Origin: Microbotryum violaceum
Lineage: Eukaryota
Direction of reading: 5' to 3'
Assembly (NCBI GenBank): GCA_001244265.2
Contig: CDLV01000004.1
Span: forward strand, 1,674,001-1,738,000
DNA length: 64,000 nucleotides
Below are positions 55,140-64,000 of this stretch, in pieces; position 1 is the stretch's first letter; each line of letters starts with the position of its first letter. The notes below the pieces were generated by a model, which saw nothing but the letters and a program-made list of their open reading frames with translations, had not been told where the DNA came from and ran no database searches. The position numbers and the translations under genes are program-made.

Positions 55140-57140
55140 TCATCGCCGAAACAGCCTGCATGTCGCTTGTTGCCGGACTTGGCTTCAAACACTCGTGCAA
55201 TGAGATCCGGACGGTTGCATCCTGTATCGGCCCCAGTGCAGCCTTGGTAAACAAATCGGTGAGTCGGAGTCGTACGTCGTCGTGATGAGCAGCGGAGGCT
55301 TTCCATGGTTGACAACGCACGCCATCGCATCCTGGTATCGCTCCGTGATGTCGCGATTTGGTTCAGAGTCAAGCCGTTGATGCCTTGGGTCGTGGTGAGG
55401 CGTAGGTTCTCTTGATGCAACCGGATGTGTTGAGTCAGTCGGTCTTGACTTGGGAGTACATCCGTAAATCACAGACTCCAGGAAGGGACGTTGGGTGCAA
55501 TGCGGGATTGAGAAGTACTCGTCGCCTTTGGCAAGTAGTAAAGAATTGTGAACGCGAGACTCGCCACCTCGACCTCGACCCCTTTACTTGACCTTCGTCC
55601 TAGGTGTTCAAAAGTTCAATGTCAGTCTGTGCTTGCGCCTTCGGCAGAATGGAACATCAGAGAAAGAGCCGAAGACGCGTACGTTCACCATCACCATTCT
55701 CTTCGTCCCCTTCCTCGCCGTCTTCATCCTCATCGTCACGGTCTTCGTCCTCCTGTTCGTCTTCTTCATCTGGACCAAGGCCGGCAAGTAGCTCGCGCAA
55801 TTGGACACCATTGTCGATCTGCTCTCGGTTTCTGGCGATTGGCGGCCCGGCTTGGTGGAACCCGCAAAAAGGAATGTTGGGGTGGAAGCCATCTTCCCCT
55901 GCAGGAAAAAGTAGTGGGTAACGGAGAGGCATAGCGGACGGATGGAGCGAGCCAACGATTTGGTACTTGGGCCGACCATCGGGACATCGATCACCGTGCA
56001 CCTGGAGAATAAGGTCTTGCGGTCCACGATCTCCCGTGTTGGTGTCGGAATCGCAGATAAGCATCGCCATTTCCGTGCTCGACGTAGGAGGGTTGTGGGT
56101 GCGTCGGTCCTGGCTTGGCGGGAGGCAGAGGCGCAGGATCCATTCTTTGGCCGTATCCCAACCTGCGCGAGGTTTGGCCGATGCGAACTCCCTCACAAAG
56201 TGATTCTTGGTACGCAACATGGACTCGAACTTGGTCAAAGTAGATCGTTGCATGTGACTGTCTGCGCCGTCGGGTTCAAGTCGAGTGTCGGTGGCCTCGG
56301 CCGGGTTGATCAGCCATGTTTGAGCAATGGCTGGGCATTGATTCACGGCAGGGATCAGGGCGCCGAGTCGATGGTAGAGGCGACCAAACACGCAAAACAC
56401 GGGGGGTCCTAGCGTGCCCACTTGAGTTTGGTCCCAATGGGCAGCGAGCGAAGTGAATGAAAACGCGTTGTTGTACGACCGAGCGTTCTCGCGGAACGCT
56501 TTCGCTTCTGTGTGCGTGGGAAGATTGTCGTGGAAATATCGTCGCACAGTTCAGCATGTGGGCCTACTGCAGACAGACGTTGTTGGACGGAGCAACTGAC
56601 CGCTAGCCGAGCCTTCAAGAAGCTGCCGATACTCGAGATTGGGCTGGGGAGGGGGAGGTAGCCGCACCTTGCCCTGCGAGCAGCACTCGCCGAAGTGTTT
56701 GGTCGACTTGGACATTTCGCACTCCCAGTGCCGAGCCTTGCAGTGGGTGCACACGGCCGTCTGGGGGCCGAGGTCGTCGCGGATCGAAACGTGGGCTTGA
56801 GGGGTTTGAGCGCGATTCGAGCCCGGCGCACTCGCCTTTGCGGAGGAGGTGGTGGTGGGGCGAGCCCAGCGTCGAGTTGGCCATCGCGCTGACCACGCTG
56901 TCCGTTCTGCACAGCTGCACGGCGGGCTCGTATACGTGTCGCAATGCCAAGATCGGTTGAATTGTTGTCATGACGCGCGGGGGCTGATTCTGTTGATCGG
57001 AGCGGGACGAAGAGGAGGCTCGAGCCGCGGGACGCCCAGCAGCAGGCGCTCGAGCAGGGTGGGGGTGGGGGGTTCTCAGTCCCGGCGCCCTGCGCAGCGA
57101 GGACAAGGGGCCCAGTGCTGGTGGGCGCTGTCCGGCCCAC
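55140..57140 (-). pseudogene. Helitron Rep N-terminal region (zinc finger + Helitron_like_N), truncated
   Basis: CTHCKARHW...CCSQGKV, FRENARSYNNAFSFTS, GRLYHRLG, PLRYPLLFPAGEDGF, YQDAMACVVNHGKP and NRPDLIARVFEAK. Confidence 0.9.
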
Positions 57141-57210
57141 ACCATTTCCTAGATACGACGAAGGCTCAAAGCTGTGATTGGAGGAGAACTGCCGTTGATG
57201 CGCTGAAAGC

Positions 57211-60200
57211 TGTTAGAAGTGGGGTCTGAGAGCTTAACTCATTGCTATTAATCTTGGTTAATACTTTATTCTGCGCGCGCGCCTATCTTTGTCTTTGCGT
57301 CTTTTTTCCTTCTGGGTTCGTTCTCCACGCTATTCTCATCATCTCACTCGTGTATCTCGGAGCTGAGTCGTGGAGTACCTCTTAGGTTAGTTACTGCAAA
57401 GCCACGCTATTCTCATCATCTCACTCGTGTATCTCGGAGCTGAGTCGTGGAGTACCTCTTAGTCCTTGTTGCAACAGGTTATGAGCTCAACGGGCGAATC
57501 CGACTTCCCCAACGGGTCGGGCAATCGCTTGTATCTCAAGGACACACAAGGGTACAAGAGCTGGTCACAACGTGCGTTTATCAATCTTCGAGCTGGCAAA
57601 GTATGGGATGTCGTCAATCAATCCATCAACTCCCTTGTCGCGGACTATCGGTCCACGCTCGTTATCGCACATGCAACTGCGTCCGTCGCGCCAGTTGAAC
57701 CAGCCTCCTCCGGCTTTAGCGGGCTTGGGGGGGGGGGGGGGGGGGGGGCTCTGGTTCTGCGCACTCGGACGCCTCGCCCAGGCTCACCAGCGTTCAAGTT
57801 GCGGACAAGGTCGCGGAATATCGCGAACAGGCCATCCGCCGCAACGATTTGGCATGCAAGTACATCGCCAATTCGATTTCTGAGGAACAGACGTCTCACT
57901 TGATTCATCTTACCTCGGCGTACAAGATGTGGGACACCCTCCGTGGTCTCCACTCTCACGGTCGCCCGAGTCGCACTATGGACCTCCTCAACACTCTAGC
58001 GCAACCTTACTCTGGGGATATTCCTTTTAAGGAATTCGTCAACAAGGTCAAGATCGCCATGACCGATTTTCAGAACCTCGGAGCTCCGCTTCCGCATTGG
58101 CTGTTTGCAGGCATGCTCGTTTGGTCGCTCCCAGCCCAGTATGACTCGATCGTTGGGAACCTTGCCTCCGACATCGACATCCACATGGATTGGAACACGT
58201 TCTATCCGAAACTCCTGATGAACGTCGAAATGGTTGATACCCAAAACAAACAAAAGGAATCGTTATCCGCTCGGATCGTTGACGATACTAGCCTCGTCGC
58301 CCGTATTTCCACCACAGCGCAAAAGGACTACTCCAAGTCGTATTGTTCGCGCTGCAAAGCACTGGGACACGAGCGTGGTTGGCGTCTCTGTCCAAGCAGG
58401 AACAAGGATGCGAGCGCTCCCGCTTCCTCGGACTCAAATTCGAACGTAGCTGCCATTGGTGTAGATGAATCTGCATTGATGACCTACACTTTCCCCCATT
58501 CGCGAACGATGCCACGTTTTCCATGGATCATTGACTCGGGTGCTAAGGTCCATTGCGTTGGAGACAAGTTGGTCCTATCGGACGTTGTCTCTGAGCCTCT
58601 CAAAATTTCTGTCGCCGATCAATCTCAAATCGAATCTCCCGGTCATGGCTCAGTGACGTTTCTTACCTCATATGGCGCTCGTATCACCATTAAGATGGTC
58701 TACTACATGCCCGGTGCTCAATGCGGTTTTATCTCCATCGACCGTCTGTTGGAATCGATGACGTACGCTGTTGGTCCCCAAAGCAATCTCATTTTCAGCA
58801 TCCGCGGCAAGTCGATTCTGCGCTCGCTTCCTGGTCGGGGGTTTGTCATGGATGCAGCTCCCGTTCAGCCTATCATGTCATCCTCACCGCCTTCAATGGT
58901 CGGAGCCAATCGTCTCACTGGAACCTGTACGTTGATGGAAGCACATCGGAAGTTGGGCCATCAATCTCCTGCGGCGATCGTTTTGGCCGTCAATCCGGGG
59001 CTATCACTGGCATCACTCTGAAGGACGAAAAGGTTACTCCTTGCTTCTCGTGCATCCAGGCCAAGTCAAAGCGATCACCCTTCTCCAACAAGAGTACCGA
59101 AGCGCCTCATGCACTCTACCGCGTCTTCATTGATCTCGGGTTTGTTGAACACCCCAATCACCATGGCGATACTATCTATCTCGCTATCGTGGATCAGTAT
59201 TCGACGGCTAAATGGACGATCGTGCTAAAGGACAAGAGGGCTGAGACGATTATCGAAGCATGGTCGAAATTTCAAGCCGAGTCCGAGCGTCAAACGGGTC
59301 AGAAAATCAAGAGGGTCAGATCGGACAATGGTCGTGAATTCGACAACTCATTGTTCCGGGCTCTTCTTGAAAAGCAGGGCATCATCGTGGAATTCACGGC
59401 CCCCTATACTCCGGAGCAAAATGGTCAAGTAGAGCGACTCAATGGATCTCTCATGGGTCTCGTTGGATCAATGCTCCTCGACTCCGGTCTTCCCATGCGA
59501 TTCTGGTCAGATGCTCTGGCCGTCGCGACATTTGTTCTCAATCGTCGACCACATCCTCGTATTCAAGGAAAAACGGCAATCGAAGTTCTTCTCGGCAAGA
59601 AGCCTAGTCTTGCTCATCTTCAGCCATTCGGATCTACGGCGTTTGTCCACGTTCCCAAGGAGCGTCGCTCCAAGCTTGCACCTCGCTCCATTCAGGGAGT
59701 TTTCATCGGGTACTCCGGTGAATACAACTACCGTGTCTGGGTCCAATCGTCAAAACATGTCTACGTTTCGCGTCACGTCACATTCCTTGAGACTCCTTCC
59801 GTCGTCACTTCGTCTCAAGATCGTGCGGACGCTTCTGATCCCGTTCATCATTCTCAACCTCCTCATCCTCCTCATCCTCCGCCAGATGTGTTGCCGTCTA
59901 CACCAACTTCACCTGTTGTGGATCCAACTTTGCCGGATCCACAGCCTCCTCCGGTGGTTCCAATTGGAGTTGGTCAACAGGGGGGGTCTCTTGCAGTCGT
60001 TCCTCGTAAGGATGACGACAATGACGACAACGATGGACTCGACGATGGACCTGATAACTATCATGACGCAGAAGAACCACTCGACGGTGAGGCGGAAGTC
60101 GCTCTCGCTCCTCGTGAAGGTTACGCCATCGTTTGCACTGGTCCAAATCCTGGCCAATTCGAGAATGTTGATCTTTCCATCTCCTGGCAGTCGAAGCAAC

Positions 60201-61189
60201 AATCTATGATCGCTACATCCACTACTGAAGCCAAAATCCTCTCTGCATCCTCAGCCACTCGTGAAGCAATCTGGCTCCGTCGTTTGGCTGGTGATGTCGG
60301 CATTCCACAAGCACAGCCTACTATCATTCAAGAGGACAACGCCGCATGCATCCAGATCGCCAAGGATCCGGTCTGTCATTATATGGTTGCATCGTCCTTC
60401 AGTCTACGTATAGTACCTGTGATGGTACTTCATCTTGAGCCTCTAGCGACTTCATGAATCCCTTCAGCACCTCATTTGTCTTACCCTTTTTTAGTCACTA
60501 TTAGCTCTTTATTATCTCCGCTTATCATCCCTTCCTAGTCCTTCTGGAGTTTGTCCCTTAGCCTTTGGCCACTCTGTTCTCGTCCCGTTCCATTGGACTG
60601 AGTCGTGGTCTTCATCAGGTATGCATTCTCTGGAATCCTACTCACTCTGTTCTCGTCCCGTTCCATTGGACTGAGTCGTGGTCTTCATCAGTTACCACAT
60701 GAGAACATTTTTACAATACGGTCGATCACATGCGAACCAAGCACTTCGACATTGCTCATTTGTTCGTTCGAGAACGGGTTGCTTCTGGCGAGGTCGAACT
60801 TGAATACTGCCCTACCCACGTCAATGCCGCGGATATTATGACGAAGCCTTTGGGATTTCAACGCTTTGATCAACTTCGTGCGCTACTTGGAATGGTCTCG
60901 TTAGTCTCTTTGACCGGTGGGAGTGTTAGAAATAGGGTCTGAGAGCCTAACTCATTGCTATTAGTCTTGGTTAATACTTTATTCTGCGCGCGCGCCTATC
61001 TTTGTCTTTGCGTCTTTTTTCCTTCTGGGTTCCTTCTCCATGCTATTCTCATCATCTCAATCGTGTATCTCGGAGCTGAGTCGTGGAGTACCTCTTAGGT
61101 TAGTTACTGCAAAGCCACGCTATTCTCATCATCTCACTCGTGTATCTCGGAGCTGAGTCGTGGAGTACCTCTTAGTCCTTGTTGCAACA
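57211..61189 (+). mobile_element. Copia element lacking reverse transcriptase
   Basis: 266-bp LTRs at 57211-57476 and 60924-61189, TSD AAAGC, PBS GGTTATGAGC, PPT GGTGGGAG. Gag (CSRCKALGHE), protease (WIIDSGA) and integrase (RSDNGREF) are fused at about 60175 to mid-RNase H (ISWQSKQQ). Confidence 0.95.
60374..60718. mobile_element. Solo LTR (345 bp) inserted in Copia RNase H
   Basis: TGTCA...CAATA ends with a TSD CGGTC and an internal ~50-bp direct repeat. Excision restores KDPV-DHMRTKHFD. Confidence 0.88.
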
Positions 61190-61722
61190 AAAGCGGCACT
61201 TAGCAGCTCGACCAGGAAGGGGCCGCCTGGGGCCACGGTGGTTGCTGCTGAAATTGGCAACATGTCTACTACTTCACCGGATGCTCCGAAGAGACCCAAG
61301 CCTCGGGCTTTGTCCAATACTCTGACGAGGAACCGATGTGAGGGGTGGGACCTACGTCTTTAGCTCCTTCATCCACGCACGGACGCCGGTTGGTGCGACG
61401 ACGTCTCCCTTTGTCGCAGCAGCGCCCCGCCGCTGGCATGAAACAGGGGACCCTTGCCGCGCGCGCCGGTCCGAAGCGACAACCCGTGCCGCAGTGGCCT
61501 CGTTGCACTATGCCGATACCTTCACTGTCACATCCTCATCCATCGCAATCCACGAAGCCTGAGGCCTCAAAGTTCTTGAGGTGTCACTCCCTCATCAAAC
61601 CTTTGGACGAGTGCACGATGTAGTCCCGGAGCGCAGTTGAATCACCTCGATCTCAAGCCCTCTTGTCTCCTTCTCTTCTTCACAATACACCATCTCTCTC
61701 CACCTCATCCACCTCTCCAACC

Positions 61723-63145
61723 ATGATGCACATCACCCCCCGTTCCAAGCTCGTGTTCCGCAACCAGGCGTTGCTCTCGGCGTTCCGGACCATAAACCGT
61801 CCCGCCTCGTCCTTGAGTACCCCTGCCGGCACGCCCTGCTCGCGCGCCCCTGAGTCCTCGCCGGCCGCTCCTTGCCGAGCTTTGGCGACGACGACGACGA
61901 CTCCTACCGTCGAGTCCGCCGATCTGATGTCGCCGATCACTCCGATTGACTTGGACACCGTCATTCCCGAGCCAACGATGACCGAAAAAACGACCACCAC
62001 CTCCGACGAGCTCGAGCTACCGTCGCTGCCTGAAGCCCTCCTCGTTACGCGGCACGCCATGTCCTTTGGCATCCCCAAAAGAGTCCCCTCCCTGGCCAAC
62101 AAAGGACTCGCCGAGGTCGTTTTCGGTCAAGGTCGGAAAGGTTTGACACCCGATTCGCCGTGGTTCCCCAAGCATCTCGAGTTATTGGGCGATCGTGAAG
62201 CGAGTCGAGTCGCGTCGCAAGTCCTTCTGCTCGCGCTACAAATGATGGAGAATACTCGCAAGCCCCGACAAAAGACCTTGAATATGAGCCAATTGTAAGT
62301 CATCTTCGAGAATAGACTAAGACAATAATCAAGATGGAAGTGCTGAACCACTCCTTCTACTGCTTTATTCAAGGTCAAGCGCCATGACGACCAATAAGAT
62401 CATGTACGAGTGGGCTCGCGAGGTCGGCCTAGTCCAGGAACTCGAACGCAAAGGTGGGATGAGTGAAGGCCAGATCAAGACCATTTCCATCAAGAAGCTC
62501 GCCGACCACTTTGAAACTTTCCTCGGCGCTCTTCACGTCGACCAAGGTACCGCAGGGCCGGACTACTTCTTGGCTCCCCTGTTCGTGCGCGAGTATAATC
62601 GCCTGTTGGGGGTCAACCTCCTCCTCGATGGTGCTTGTAGCGAACGCTCGCCTCAAGCTTTCAAGACTTGGATTCCCAATACGATATCGTTTGAGGACTA
62701 CAAGGATATGCAAGGCGTACTCGAGGCTTCGAAGCGAACGACGGGAGAGACGGATCGACTGAACACCAAGAGAACTGATGAATCGACAGCGACCGCTCCG
62801 GCGCCAACTTCGGCCCCGTCCAAGCCGTTGTTCCCTTCCAAGCCCGCAGCGAGCGTCAAGACAAGCGGACCTGTGTCGAAGACACCCAAATCCAAGAAGC
62901 CAAGCGTTTCTACCCCGCTTTCAGCGCCCTTGTTGGAGAAGAAGGCCAAAGCGAACGAACCAAAGTCCAAGCCTCAACCTCAAGTCACACCAAAGAAGCC
63001 GACAGCGCCCAAGTTGCCGCAGATCAAGCCCAAGAGAGTCTCGGTCGTAATGGCCAAAGCTTCTGTTGTCGAGACCAGGGCGATTTCGACGACGGCAGTT
63101 CAGTCGGGCAAGAAGGGTAAAGGTGCTCGCGCCAAGGCTGAGTGA
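61723..63145 (+). CDS. Single-domain ribonuclease III family protein (exons 61723-62294, 62374-63145; 447 aa)
   Basis: KHLELLGD (cf. ERLEFLGD) and LADHFETFLGALHVDQG. A GTAAGT...AAG intron joins the two ORFs in frame (SQLSSAMTTNK). It has a Lys/Pro-rich tail and no obvious dsRBD. Confidence 0.8.
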
Positions 63146-63329
63146 TCGCGAGTGGGTCTTGCGTGTGCTGCGTTTTCCTCCCTGCCATTATCCCGAGTTT
63201 GTCTGTCGGAGCGGTATCTGTCTGTCGCTGCCTGTGGATCCATATCTATCTCTCTTGGTCCTTCTTACTTCCTCCGATTGCTGCGCAGCTGTCTTTGGCA
63301 CTTGCGCCAGTCGCTGTTCTTCCCACTCG

Positions 63330-64000
63330 CGGCGGAGCGCATCTTCGGTCAACCTCGAATCGTAGGCAATGATGCTATTAAGCTCTTCCTCAGCAGCGAC
63401 ACCCTTGTCGTTTGCCTCATGGTAGCGACGATAGAACCAGGCCCCTAAATAAAACATATCGAGTGTCAGCATTGTGATTGAGATAATTGCGATCCAGGTG
63501 CGGCTTACCCAGCTTGTTGACGGTCGCGTCATTCAGTGCTTGGATATGTTGGAATACGAATCGACGGTGCCTGCGAGAAGGTCCCCGCTGTCCTCCTCGC
63601 ATGTTTCGAGAGCGCGGTAACTCGTCGATCGCGTTGCTTCCGAAGGTCTTTGTCCTGTATGCGCGGAAGGCAGGCTTTAAGCATGTGCCCATGAGACGAT
63701 GGCGGCGTCCAAACTCACCCAAGAATGTCCCGTATAGTGACCCCGACCCCACCCACAACGGGAGTAATACTCTTCGAGGCCGTCCGCATAGCCGGTGATA
63801 TCGCGGGGCTGACCTTCCAGCTTGCGTGGGCCTGCTCGACCAGTCGAAATGAGAAGGCGGTCATCGGCATTGAAGCGGTCGAAGAGATGAACCCTAGTTG
63901 GGCCAAGCGTTCGACGTCCGTAGCACACCGCGACTCGGAAGCACAGAAGGTGACCTGCAATTTGTAGACCGACGGTTTGGACTTGTATCTTCTCTTCGGC
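63330..64000 (-). pseudogene. Degenerate KDZ (Kyakuja-Dileera-Zisupton)-like transposase C-terminal fragment, runs off the window
   Basis: ITGYADGLEEYYS (cf. GxGxxDGExxERxWS), then SRNM...QHIQALNDATVNKLG|AWFYRRYHEA across a GT-AG intron. Confidence 0.4.

Noticed and set aside
57727-57748. Poly-G run in Copia gag (and poly-C at about 49785-49806) as functional G-quadruplex or slippage sites
   Set aside because: These are pure homopolymers of unreliable length and are likely mutational or sequencing artefacts.
61723-63145. Dicer or mitoribosomal mL44/mL57
   Set aside because: There is only one RNase III domain with no helicase or PAZ domain, and the catalytic residues are retained, unlike the mitoribosomal paralogues. 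This is not formally excluded without a search.
63400-63760. Tyrosine recombinase (HYTGHSW, KLGAW...RRY)
   Set aside because: The HxxR motif and the Trp-to-Tyr spacing do not fit. The surrounding motifs fit a KDZ-type transposase better, though both readings are weak.

Overview
This is eukaryotic DNA from a basidiomycete fungus, shown by spliceosomal GT-AG introns and fungal-type Copia, Gypsy, LINE and Helitron elements. It is most consistent with a Pucciniomycotina yeast or anther smut such as Microbotryum, although that assignment is inference. Most of the window is nested, decayed transposable elements: two L1-like LINEs, five Copia copies or fragments, chromovirus Ty3/Gypsy elements, five TSD-flanked solo LTRs, Helitron fragments, hAT-type MITEs, and remnants of CMC/Plavaka-, KDZ- and DxxH-type DNA transposons. 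Only three apparently intact host genes survive. The first is a six-exon eIF5A gene (28780-30287, -). The second is a 66-aa CAAX-terminated mating-pheromone precursor (50085-50285, -) with PRE-like motifs upstream. The third is a two-exon, single-domain RNase III gene with intact catalytic residues and a mitochondrial-presequence-like N-terminus (61723-63145, +). The pheromone gene, the TE load and the evidence of LTR-mediated rearrangement together suggest the non-recombining region of a mating-type chromosome. The Gypsy element carries a recognisable -1 frameshift pseudoknot and a Tf1-type self-priming site. All family assignments come from motif recognition by eye, not from database searches. 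Many single-base frameshifts could be real decay or long-read indel errors.
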